This document shows positions 1 to 7,657 of a stretch of 24,942 nucleotides of DNA, one piece after another. Position 1 is the first letter of the stretch; every line of letters starts with the position of its first letter. Both the position numbers and the translations under genes were made by a program. This DNA comes from a virus, in IMG/VR virus record IMGVR_UViG_3300037063_000214; one strand, 5' to 3'. The notes beneath the pieces were generated by a model. That model worked only from the letters and a program-made list of their open reading frames with translations, was not told the origin of the DNA and did not search any database.

Positions 1-674
1 CTGTTACACCACCTTCAGTTCCACCACCAACTGGCTGGGGACAAGCTGTGGATTTTACTTGCTCAATCGCTAGTGGATTGGTAGGACAATCTACAACCCA
101 ATCTGTGGATGCCGGAACATTGAGTGTTGTCAGCAACTCCAACAATCCAGCAGCGTTCACCGTATCAACAAACAGCAGCGGTGTAGGGCCGCGAAACGAG
201 ACCTCGCAATACGGGACCTCGCAATACGGGACCTCGCAATACGGGACCTCGCAATACGGGGAAACAGTCGGTAACCGTGCGTCGATCATCGGTCGCGGCG
301 ATGGACGCATAACCCGGCTGGGAGAGTTTGTTGGCGATGGTACTACTCAGTACGATGATCGCGACACGTTCGGCAACAAATTCGACCCATCCAGCGTGAG
401 CGCGCCCCTGCCCATCGACCCTGCAAGCGGAAGCACGGGCGATTTTGCTACCGGAACCACATTGACGCAAGCGCAGTTGGACGCGCTAACGGCGGCCAAA
501 GTTCCGGCGGCATCTAACACGTCGCCATTGACGCAGGCTCAGTTGGCTGCGCTGGTGGCAGCGGGCGTGCCAGCTACTACGATTAAAAGTGCGTTTACTT
601 CACCTGCTAAGCCTACGATTACCCCTGGATATCAACATTCTCCAGATCCATCAACAGGCCGTAAGATTTATTAG
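1..674 (+). CDS. C-terminal portion of a structural protein, possibly tail-fibre-like. It is 5'-truncated: the frame is open from nt 3 with no stop. It contains in-frame tandem TSQYG repeats and a duplicated TQAQL(D/A)AL...A(K/G)VPA segment.
   Basis: The frame is open from the window edge to TAA at 672-674. The composition is Ser/Thr/Gly-rich. A terminator follows at 735-767. Confidence 0.55.
   Translation, partial: VTPPSVPPPTGWGQAVDFTCSIASGLVGQSTTQSVDAGTLSVVSNSNNPAAFTVSTNSSGVGPRNETSQYGTSQYGTSQYGTSQYGETVGNRASIIGRGDGRITRLGEFVGDGTTQYDDRDTFGNKFDPSSVSAPLPIDPASGSTGDFATGTTLTQAQLDALTAAKVPAASNTSPLTQAQLAALVAAGVPATTIKSAFTSPAKPTITPGYQHSPDPSTGRKIY
201..260 (+). repeat. A 15-bp unit (acctcgcaatacggg) repeated four times in perfect tandem and in frame. 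Each copy encodes TSQYG.
   Basis: Four exact consecutive copies were read directly from the sequence. Confidence 0.9.
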
Positions 675-734
675 GCACAATTATTATGCCGGCCCAAAAC
701 ACAGTCATGTAATAGAATTTGCACAACTATAAAA

Positions 735-767
735 GCCGTCAACTAAAAATTGACGGCTTTTGTTTTG
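735..767 (+). terminator. Rho-independent terminator.
   Basis: The stem gccgtcaa/ttgacggc has a 7-nt loop and is followed by ttttgttttg. Confidence 0.85.
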
Positions 768-879
768 AAAAGAGATAAATGGAATAAATCAGTATTATAT
801 TAAGTCCGGCCCGCCATAATCTGATTACCAAAAAACGCCGTGAAGCCACGCCCTTCAGGCTGGGGATATAAGGCGGAAA

Positions 880-1080
880 GTGCTTGTATTAGATCGCAGG
901 TTGTGGTATATTTCTTGCATGGCACTCGAAGGCTACAAAATAAGCATTGAAAGTCTTGCGAAAACCAAGCTGGCTAAATCAATGCTGCATTCGGGAATTA
1001 TCGTCGCCTCGGGATACATGGAGTCGTTAAACGACTGCGGACAGTGTGTAAGTCTGGCGAAAGCTAGCAACGCTGGTTGA
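880..1080 (+). CDS. Small hypothetical ORF. The start is uncertain: GTG at 880 or ATG at 919.
   Basis: There is an ORF but no convincing RBS. It is weak. Confidence 0.25.
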   Translation: MLVLDRRLWYISCMALEGYKISIESLAKTKLAKSMLHSGIIVASGYMESLNDCGQCVSLAKASNAG

Positions 1081-1159
1081 AACAGTTAAGGGCGTGAGCC
1101 GCCTAGAATCCCTCGCCTTTAGGCGTGGGGAGTATCAATAGATAGGGAGAGAAACAAAT

Positions 1160-1384
1160 ATGAATTTTCAAGAGCGTGTTATAACAGAAAAAAGAGAACT
1201 AGACAATAAACTGGATAAATTGCAAGCCTTTATAAATGAAGGAACGGTTTATGCACAGCTTCCCAAAGAGGAACGTTCAAGATTAGCGAGACAGGCAACT
1301 GTCATGATTGAGTACTCTCAAATTCTCGCTGATCGTATCGCAAAATTTCAAGGGTATGATCCAACTAAAATTTGGTCTTTGTAA
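1160..1384 (+). CDS. Hypothetical 74-aa protein.
   Basis: ATG is preceded by the gggagagaaacaaat RBS. The ORF is clean and a consensus promoter lies downstream. Confidence 0.6.
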   Translation: MNFQERVITEKRELDNKLDKLQAFINEGTVYAQLPKEERSRLARQATVMIEYSQILADRIAKFQGYDPTKIWSL

Positions 1385-1391
1385 ATAAATC

Positions 1392-1420
1392 TTGACAAAT
1401 ATTCCAACTACCAGTATTAT
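1392..1420 (+). promoter_or_regulatory. Sigma70-consensus promoter. TTGACA, a 17-nt spacer and TATTAT. It is one member of a repeated promoter family that shares the CAGTATTATA motif.
   Basis: TTGACA at 1392-1397 and TATTAT at 1415-1420. Near-identical copies occur at 8384-8412 and 12490-12518. Confidence 0.7.
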
Positions 1421-1543
1421 ACTCATAAGGCATTTATGAACAACATTACCCTATCACCGTAATTGTCGTTGCTGGCTTATTACCTTAGCTTGCCACGCGG
1501 CGGTGTGTTCAACGGGTAAATTTTAACCCGATTCGAATTAACC

Positions 1544-1575
1544 GCCGCCCCGAAATGGGCGGCTTTTGTTTTTTG
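1544..1575 (+). terminator. Rho-independent terminator. It follows a tRNA-like minihelix at 1481-1540.
   Basis: gccgccc-cgaaat-gggcggc followed by ttttgttttttg. Confidence 0.85.
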
Positions 1576-1613
1576 TGGTAAGCCCAGACTTCTAGTCTGG
1601 GTAGATGACCTTT

Positions 1614-1706
1614 GCCTAGAACGCAGATACGGTTGGCTGCATCCGGCTGTAACCCGGAATTTGGCTAGTCCAGACAATGGGAGTTCGAATCTCTCTCTAG
1701 GCACCA
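1614..1706 (+). tRNA. tRNA-Tyr, anticodon GTA. Class II with a long variable arm. CCA is encoded.
   Basis: Acceptor gcctaga/tctaggc. D arm gcag/ctgc. Anticodon stem tccgg/ccgga with loop ctGTAac. T arm gggag-ttcgaat-ctctc. Then ACCA. Confidence 0.75.
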
Positions 1707-1719
1707 AAATTTTATAGGG

Positions 1720-2001
1720 GTGATTATGGAAAAATTCATGTCCAGATCGGAACAGAAACGAGTAGCTTCAATGAAGGGAGAGCCCGCGCCTTCATTTGAG
1801 ATTAGAGTTGAATACGATGATGGCGAATCGGTTTGGCATGATGGTAAAAGTCCTTTTTGTACACGCAGGGATCGCCCAATGGGAATGTACGCTATGATGC
1901 CGGATGACACGCAGCGGCCTTTAAATATAGGGTACATGCGTGTGAGTGAAATGCAAGGATTGGAAAAACTCCTCAATGAAATTTTAAATTTTAAGAAATA
2001 G
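1720..2001 (+). CDS. Hypothetical 93-aa protein embedded in the tRNA cluster.
   Basis: Strong SD (agggggtga) 6 nt upstream of the ATG. It fills the gap between tRNA-Tyr and tRNA-Leu exactly. Confidence 0.55.
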   Translation: MIMEKFMSRSEQKRVASMKGEPAPSFEIRVEYDDGESVWHDGKSPFCTRRDRPMGMYAMMPDDTQRPLNIGYMRVSEMQGLEKLLNEILNFKK

Positions 2002-2005
2002 TTTT

Positions 2006-2090
2006 GCGGCTGTGGTGGAATGGGCAGACACACCATCTTGAGGGGGTGGCGTCGAAAGATGTGAGAGTTCAAATCTCTCCAGCCGCACCA
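2006..2090 (+). tRNA. tRNA-Leu, anticodon GAG. Class II. CCA is encoded.
   Basis: Acceptor gcggctg/cagccgc. Anticodon stem ccatc/ggtgg with loop ttGAGgg. Variable-arm hairpin cgtc-gaaa-gatg. T arm gagag-ttcaaat-ctctc. A73 and CCA. Confidence 0.8.
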
Positions 2091-2225
2091 AGTTTAGAGT
2101 CAAACCGTAGTTGTGAGGTTGCAACGGGGAGCTAACACAATGCTGCTCGATAAGAAGCGAAAGCTTCCGCTCGCGGGCGTAAGGTCGGGGTGCAGGCGTT
2201 GATCCGTTGCCTCTAAAATAAGTTT

Positions 2226-2311
2226 GCCGGGTTGGTGGAATTGGGAGACACTCTGGACTTAGGATCCAGCGGTTAACAGCCATGCAGGTTCGACCCCTGT
2301 ACTCGGCACCA
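2226..2311 (+). tRNA. tRNA-Leu, anticodon TAG. Class II. CCA is encoded.
   Basis: Acceptor gccgggt/actcggc with one G-U pair. Anticodon stem ctgga/tccag with loop ctTAGga. Long variable arm. T arm gcagg-ttcgacc-cctgt. ACCA. Confidence 0.8.
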
Positions 2312-2318
2312 AAAATTT

Positions 2319-2409
2319 GCGCGGGTGATGAAACTAGGGAGACATGCAGCGTTCAGACCGCTGTGCCCTTAAACAAGGCGTGCAGGTTCAATTCCTGTTC
2401 CGCGCACCA
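2319..2409 (+). tRNA. tRNA-Leu, anticodon CAG. Class II. CCA is encoded.
   Basis: Acceptor gcgcggg/tccgcgc. Anticodon stem cagcg/cgctg with loop ttCAGac. Variable-arm hairpin cctt-aaac-aagg. T arm gcagg-ttcaatt-cctgt. ACCA. Confidence 0.8.
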
Positions 2410-2422
2410 ATTTTGTAGATAG

Positions 2423-2513
2423 GCCAGAATGGCGGAATTAGGGAGACGCGCACGGCTCAAGCCCGTGTGAGCCTAAAAAACTCGTGGGGGTTCGATTCCC
2501 CCTTCTGGCACCA
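2423..2513 (+). tRNA. tRNA-Leu, anticodon CAA. Class II. CCA is encoded.
   Basis: Acceptor gccagaa/ttctggc. Anticodon stem cacgg/ccgtg with loop ctCAAgc. Long variable arm. T arm ggggg-ttcgatt-ccccc. ACCA. Confidence 0.8.
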
Positions 2514-2606
2514 AAAATAAGTATTACATTTTATGGGCATATTTATTTGGCAGTGTATCAACTGTAAAAAGTTAGTAAAAACTTCCATGGATTTTTAAGT
2601 ATCTTA

Positions 2607-2637
2607 AAATATCCATTTTCAGTGTTTCCGATGTATA
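2607..2637 (+). promoter_or_regulatory. Copy 1 of an exact 31-bp direct repeat, aaatatccattttcagtgtttccgatgtata. It ends in a TATAAT -10 element and has no sigma70-like -35.
   Basis: An identical 31-mer recurs at 2854-2884. Each copy sits 8-10 nt upstream of a small ORF. Confidence 0.6.
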
Positions 2638-2644
2638 ATTGGGT

Positions 2645-2854
2645 ATGGATATCACACTAAAAATTAAAAGGATCAGTGTCTTAACTGGTCACGGTACTGA
2701 TAGGATTTACCTTTATTTTGATCTGCCTACAACATTTCCTGACTGGCCGCTTGAGGAATGTTCCGCAGTCATCGAAGCGACTAAAGGTTACGGCGTTGCC
2801 TGGGTAAAAGAAAATTTCCACCTAGAACCAGATGTAGTTTCGTCCTGTTTCTGA
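2645..2854 (+). CDS. Hypothetical small protein. The ATG is at 2645. The ORF track starts it at TTG 2639.
   Basis: The ORF sits immediately downstream of copy 1 of the 31-bp box. Confidence 0.45.
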   Translation: MDITLKIKRISVLTGHGTDRIYLYFDLPTTFPDWPLEECSAVIEATKGYGVAWVKENFHLEPDVVSSCF

Positions 2855-2884
2855 AATATCCATTTTCAGTGTTTCCGATGTATA
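2854..2884 (+). promoter_or_regulatory. Copy 2 of the 31-bp promoter-like direct repeat. Here the -10 is TATACT.
   Basis: Exact match to 2607-2637. Confidence 0.6.
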
Positions 2885-2894
2885 CTAGGGATGT

Positions 2895-3170
2895 ATGAGT
2901 AAACCACCAATAAGCGAGAAACCTCCTTGGGTTCAAGGGGCTAAAAACACCAAGAAACGAAAGAAGAAAGACAACGATGCGATTCTAAATCCTGTATACG
3001 ACGCAAAACTTGTGGAGAAATTGTGCGGAAACGCACGAAGGATAGTTCTTCAAGAAGGCAACGGGATGCTAACAAATGGTGTTCCAACGGAGTTATATTG
3101 GCACATCAATGGGTGCTCTGCTTGTGAAGAACTTCGCTCCAAGGCTAAACCACCAGAGATACCGTACTGA
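2895..3170 (+). CDS. Hypothetical 91-aa basic protein with a KKRKKK motif.
   Basis: ATG is preceded by an aggga SD. It lies downstream of copy 2 of the 31-bp box. Confidence 0.55.
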   Translation: MSKPPISEKPPWVQGAKNTKKRKKKDNDAILNPVYDAKLVEKLCGNARRIVLQEGNGMLTNGVPTELYWHINGCSACEELRSKAKPPEIPY

Positions 3171-3210
3171 GGTGTAACGCATCATGGCCGGGACTGTGAT
3201 CAGGAGGAAT

Positions 3211-3498
3211 ATGAACAAGCCGATTATTCTCATTGTAGCACTGAGATACGAAATTGATGGTGATTTAGAAGATGCGAAACGTATGTTGTCTAGAGCTTAT
3301 GCTCCGCGTGAGGGAAGAGTTGAAAGTGCAAGTAGCCACAAAGCTACAGCAACATGCATATCAATGCAGGCTGAAATTGAGGAGATGCAAGAAGATATGT
3401 GTGAAGTTAGGAATGGTGTTGGATATGCCTACCTACAGGTCCCTTACCCAGCGGGGGCAGCTGGCGTGCAGCAACAAAAGCAGAGGAAGAAGAAATAG
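3211..3498 (+). CDS. Hypothetical protein. The likely true start is the internal ATG, which has a strong SD.
   Basis: caggaggaat-ATG at 3211. The ORF-track start at 3184 has no RBS. Confidence 0.55.
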   Translation: MNKPIILIVALRYEIDGDLEDAKRMLSRAYAPREGRVESASSHKATATCISMQAEIEEMQEDMCEVRNGVGYAYLQVPYPAGAAGVQQQKQRKKK

Positions 3499-3556
3499 AC
3501 AAAGAAAAGATCATCAAAGCGATCAAAGAGATCGATGATGAATGTCGGAGGCGGTA

Positions 3557-3784
3557 ATGAAAAGAGAACTCACTGAGAAGTTTTGCCAATTCGTCAACTA
3601 CCCTGAAAGCGAGGATGCCTGCGGAGAGCCAGCACGCTGCAAGCATGAGGATGTGTGGTTGTGTGCCGCGCACTACGACATCGTCATGGATTCACCAGAC
3701 GATTACGATGCGATCACTGTGGATAATACGAAGTCATCGTTCGTATTCACTTTGCCGGAAAAAGAACCCAATGCCAAAACCTAA
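3557..3784 (+). CDS. Hypothetical small protein.
   Basis: ggaggcggtaATG at 3557 is a strong SD. The ORF runs to TAA at 3782-3784 and overlaps the next gene by 14 nt. Confidence 0.5.
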   Translation: MKRELTEKFCQFVNYPESEDACGEPARCKHEDVWLCAAHYDIVMDSPDDYDAITVDNTKSSFVFTLPEKEPNAKT

Positions 3785-4079
3785 TTTATTCAAAGAAGAC
3801 GCCATTTTGGAATCCCAGATTATTGATACTTTAGAAGCTGGTTTGAAGCGGTGGCGACCAGATTTATCTTACCCCGAGTCTTACAGTGATATGCAAGCCT
3901 GTGTCCGGGGTCTGCTAATGGTCTTTGATGTTAAGCGCCTACCTCTGCCAAAGCCCCTGAGAATTGAATGTCATGTTTGTGATGGTTTAGGATATATGAT
4001 AACGAAAGCAGAAAATAGCTATCGTGAATCAACGTCTTGTAAAGAATGCAAAGGACGGGGGCACATTCCCAGTGAATAA
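3771..4079 (+). CDS. Small protein with a DnaJ-type zinc finger.
   Basis: Two CxxCxGxG repeats, CHVCDGLG and CKECKGRG. The internal ATG at 3771 follows a ggaaaaaga RBS. The ORF-track start at 3615 overlaps the upstream gene and is probably not real. Confidence 0.55.
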   Translation: MPKPNLFKEDAILESQIIDTLEAGLKRWRPDLSYPESYSDMQACVRGLLMVFDVKRLPLPKPLRIECHVCDGLGYMITKAENSYRESTSCKECKGRGHIPSE

Positions 4080-4242
4080 ACGAGTGGATATTCGAGCTAT
4101 TCTACGCAATCCGGCGCAACGCCGGGAGTTGATGATTCGCTGCATTATCGCCACACAAGCCAGAGAAGATGTCCAAACCACTTATAAACAGGCCGCCGTA
4201 GCTTATGATAAAGTCAGTGACTATCGTAAATCAAATTCCTAA
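4024..4242 (+). CDS. Hypothetical small ORF. The start is uncertain and it overlaps the previous gene.
   Basis: ORF only. An alternative GTG start lies at 4084. Confidence 0.3.
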   Translation: MNQRLVKNAKDGGTFPVNKRVDIRAILRNPAQRRELMIRCIIATQAREDVQTTYKQAAVAYDKVSDYRKSNS

Positions 4243-4289
4243 TCATTCCACCTCTTGCCATAAACAAATTCTTGAGATAGTATCAAGTT

Positions 4290-5276
4290 ATGGCAAATGC
4301 AAGCGCAAAAAAATTAGATTTTGACGATGAAGATGAATACGAGCCTCGTCCAGAAATAGGGTCAGATGACGATCAAGCTTATTATCATTGGTCCAAGCGA
4401 AATGGGGTATTTCGCCCTGTAGGTCACACTCAAGATACCGTACCAGCCGGTATTTATGAAATTGATAACGATAATAGCGGCTGGTTCCTATCCAAAGTAA
4501 AATTTCCATCAGATGCTCTACTCCGTTTACCTGGAATGCCTATTGATTTTATCCTTGATCAAATTGACACATTTTGGAAGCGTGAAGAATTATTCACCCA
4601 AACCAAACTCCTCCATAAGCGTGGTATTTTGATGTATGGACCCGCAGGCTGCGGTAAAACATCAATCATTAGACTGCTCTGTGACGATATTGTTAGACGT
4701 GATGGTATTGTGATCATGGTTACTAACTGCCGCTTGGCGGAAACGGCTCTTGGGGGCATTAGGCAAATAGAAACTCGTAGACCTATTCTTACAATTATTG
4801 AAGACATCGAAACCTTCATGGGTCCTGGTGATGAATCTTCATCCGCCAGAGCACTGTTGGCTCTGTTAGACGGAGAAACTCAAGTGGATCACATTGTTCA
4901 TTTGGCCACGAGTAATAAACCTGAACAATTGGAAGATCGTGTCGCTAAGCGTCCTGGGCGTTTTGATCTAGTAGTAAAATTAAGTCATCCGGTGGAAGAA
5001 GCCCGTAGAGCATACCTGTTAAATTTACTCCACGATCATGTAACCCCTGAAGAACTTCAGATTATGGTAGATGAAACTGAAGGTTTGGGATTGGCCCACT
5101 TACGCGAGTTGGTTGTAGCAAACTATTGCTTAGGCTTGGATCGTAAGCAAACATTAAAGCGTTTAAAGAAAAATTTCACAGGATCCTTAAAGGTCAAAAA
5201 GTCGCCCAGCGAGGGAATGGGATTTACCTTTGGTATCGATGAAGATGAAGATGAAAAATCATTAAAAAATGAGTAA
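4290..5276 (+). CDS. AAA ATPase of the classic AAA clade with a roughly 110-aa N-terminal domain.
   Basis: Walker A GPAGCGKTS. Walker B ILTIIEDIE. Second region of homology ATSNKPEQLEDRVAKRPGRFD, which is FtsH/CDC48-like. Confidence 0.85.
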   Translation: MANASAKKLDFDDEDEYEPRPEIGSDDDQAYYHWSKRNGVFRPVGHTQDTVPAGIYEIDNDNSGWFLSKVKFPSDALLRLPGMPIDFILDQIDTFWKREELFTQTKLLHKRGILMYGPAGCGKTSIIRLLCDDIVRRDGIVIMVTNCRLAETALGGIRQIETRRPILTIIEDIETFMGPGDESSSARALLALLDGETQVDHIVHLATSNKPEQLEDRVAKRPGRFDLVVKLSHPVEEARRAYLLNLLHDHVTPEELQIMVDETEGLGLAHLRELVVANYCLGLDRKQTLKRLKKNFTGSLKVKKSPSEGMGFTFGIDEDEDEKSLKNE

Positions 5277-5278
5277 AT

Positions 5279-6343
5279 ATGCCTGATGAAATTGAACTAC
5301 CTAAAAACGAATTCGACATACTACAGGATCGTATGCAAGCCTCTGAAGTGAACCGTAGAATACTTGGGGCCAATCCAGCAAGCGAGATGAGAAAAGTAGC
5401 ATCCGTGGATGGTAGTACACTTCTTTCATCCATGACAAAAAATCAATGGGCTGTATTACCGAATGATTCATTCACAGCCATTGGTACTACGGTTTCTCAT
5501 TTACCTCCAGCGATTTATACTTTATCGTCCGATGGGGGCGCGATATTTTTCCATAAAACTAAAGTTCTTACTGATAATTTAATTGATCTGGATGATAGCG
5601 CGGCTTTGCGAATCATTGCCGGAATTGAGAAATTTTGGGAATCTAAATCCAAATTTGATCGTTTTGGTATTCTCTTCAAGCGCGGCATTCTTATGTGGGG
5701 ACCGGCGGGGTCTGGAAAAACTGCCACAGTTAACATGTTGATGAATGATTTGGTGGGGCGCGGTGGAATGGTTGTAATTGTGCAATTCCCAGGTCTTGCG
5801 ATTGGGGGACTTCATGAACTTCGACGCATTGAACCGGAGCGTCCAATTATTGTAGTATTAGAGGACATCGAAGAAATGATACAAAATTTCGGAGAGCACG
5901 GATTGCTAAGTCTGCTTGACGGAGAGCACCAAGTTTCTAATGTTGTTGTACTGGCTACCACAAATTACCCAGAGCTTCTTGGCGAACGTATTATCAATCG
6001 ACCAAGCCGTTTTGATGAAGTTATTTTAGTAGATATGCCTTCCAAGAATGCACGATATCGGTATCTCAAGCACATATTAAAAGACACGGTACCAGAAGTA
6101 GAACTCCGGCAGTGGGTTATAGCAACCGACAAGCTATCCATCGCCCATTTACGAGAGCTTATTGTTGCTACTCAATGCTTGGATCGCCCATATGCCGAAG
6201 TTGTAGATCGTTTGAGGCGTATGAAAATTCGCCCGAATAGCGAGAAACGCGATAAAGAAGTTCCAGGCTTTTCAAATGTGGGCATGATAATTCCCGGGAA
6301 TTTTTCAAAGGAATGTGGGGGTTCAAGTACATCAAGTAGATAA
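5279..6343 (+). CDS. Second AAA ATPase, a paralogue of the upstream gene. Classic AAA clade.
   Basis: Walker A GPAGSGKTA. Walker B IIVVLEDIEE. SRH ATTNYPELLGERIINRPSRFD. It starts 3 nt after the upstream stop, so the two are translationally coupled. Confidence 0.85.
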   Translation: MPDEIELPKNEFDILQDRMQASEVNRRILGANPASEMRKVASVDGSTLLSSMTKNQWAVLPNDSFTAIGTTVSHLPPAIYTLSSDGGAIFFHKTKVLTDNLIDLDDSAALRIIAGIEKFWESKSKFDRFGILFKRGILMWGPAGSGKTATVNMLMNDLVGRGGMVVIVQFPGLAIGGLHELRRIEPERPIIVVLEDIEEMIQNFGEHGLLSLLDGEHQVSNVVVLATTNYPELLGERIINRPSRFDEVILVDMPSKNARYRYLKHILKDTVPEVELRQWVIATDKLSIAHLRELIVATQCLDRPYAEVVDRLRRMKIRPNSEKRDKEVPGFSNVGMIIPGNFSKECGGSSTSSR

Positions 6344-6399
6344 ATGTCAAGAGCAAATAGTTATGCACAATACTAATAAAGGCTGGTATAGGAAAAAAT

Positions 6400-7542
6400 A
6401 TGTCACATTATAGTGTTTTAGTTATCGGTGAAAACGTAGAAGAACAATTAGCCCCCTTTCATGAATTTGAATGTACCGGGGATGACAATGAGTATGTGCA
6501 AGATGTAGATGATACAGAAGAAGCCAGGGAATCTTATAAAGCCGATAAAACAACCATGTATAAAGATCCAGATGGTAACTTACACAGTCCTTGGACAAAA
6601 GAAGGACACGCCAAATCTGAATTTTATCGAGACCCTACACCAAAAGAAGAAAAAGAACGGGAAGAAACGGGATATTCTAACCTATCTTGTACATCTCAAG
6701 ACTGGGGTGACGGTAGGGGATATAGAGACAGAATTAAGTGTCTCCCTGAGGGCTGGCAAGAAGTAGAAGTGCTCACATCTTCTGTGGAAACTTTCGCTGA
6801 ATTCATTAAAGGTTATTACGGGCATGAACCTGTTGCTTTTGGTGAATCTCCTGACCTTGATGAAACCCACAAGTATGGATATGTGATACTTGACGAAAAA
6901 GGTGAAGTGGTACGAAGTATCAATCGGACCAACCCAAATAAAAAATGGGACTGGTGGACTCTCGGTGGTAGATGGAACGGCTTCTTTAAAACAAAAAAAG
7001 CAGGAGTAGGGGTAATGGGTGCGCCTGGTTTGCAATCGGCGCATGAGGATTATGAACCACCTACTGACGATCGTGCCGATGTTTGTACTAAGGATGATAT
7101 CGATATCGATGGGATGCGAGATGAAGCAGAACGCGAAGCCGGTAAGAGTTATGATTTGTATTCCAAAATAGTAGCTGGACTACCTCCGATTGTATCTTGG
7201 GAAGCTACAGTCGAAAAGCATAACAAAGATTACGCCGCTGCTAGAGAAGAATATAATGCACAACCGGCCGTATTAGTGCTTCGAAAGAACGAAGAGACTA
7301 CTTGGTATGACGCAGATGATTATTTGTGTTCTAGAGAGGTTTTTATTCAACGCTCACGGAATGCTGCTTTCTCTACTTTCGCTGTGGTTAAAGACGGTAA
7401 GTGGTACGAACGCGGGGAGATGGGTTGGTGGGGCGTGGTGAGGGATGAAAAAGACGCAGATGAATGGTATACTCAGTTTGCATCTCTTGTGGATAGTCTG
7501 CCTGGGGATACTGTAATGACTGTGGTAGATTGTCATATATAG
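6400..7542 (+). CDS. Highly acidic 380-aa hypothetical protein.
   Basis: Long clean ORF. It is D/E-rich and contains WDWWTLGGRWNGFF. No family was recognised. Confidence 0.7.
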   Translation: MSHYSVLVIGENVEEQLAPFHEFECTGDDNEYVQDVDDTEEARESYKADKTTMYKDPDGNLHSPWTKEGHAKSEFYRDPTPKEEKEREETGYSNLSCTSQDWGDGRGYRDRIKCLPEGWQEVEVLTSSVETFAEFIKGYYGHEPVAFGESPDLDETHKYGYVILDEKGEVVRSINRTNPNKKWDWWTLGGRWNGFFKTKKAGVGVMGAPGLQSAHEDYEPPTDDRADVCTKDDIDIDGMRDEAEREAGKSYDLYSKIVAGLPPIVSWEATVEKHNKDYAAAREEYNAQPAVLVLRKNEETTWYDADDYLCSREVFIQRSRNAAFSTFAVVKDGKWYERGEMGWWGVVRDEKDADEWYTQFASLVDSLPGDTVMTVVDCHI

Positions 7543-7657
7543 GAGCCGATAAACAGGCAGCAAGGTGGGGTTCGGTAGAACCGACAAAATGATGCGAGAA
7601 GCGGACAAGCACTTCATATGACGGCTGTAGTATCATAGGTACAAGGAATAACAGGTG

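Noticed and set aside
2607-2884. A CRISPR array, based on the 31-bp exact repeat.
   Set aside because: There are only two copies. The intervening 216 bp encode a small ORF. The repeat is not palindromic and there are no cas genes. It is interpreted as duplicated promoter boxes.
3615-3770. The long form (154 aa) of ORF 3615-4079.
   Set aside because: Its first 52 codons overlap the upstream gene in another frame and have no RBS. The internal ATG at 3771, preceded by ggaaaaaga, gives a coherent DnaJ-zinc-finger protein.
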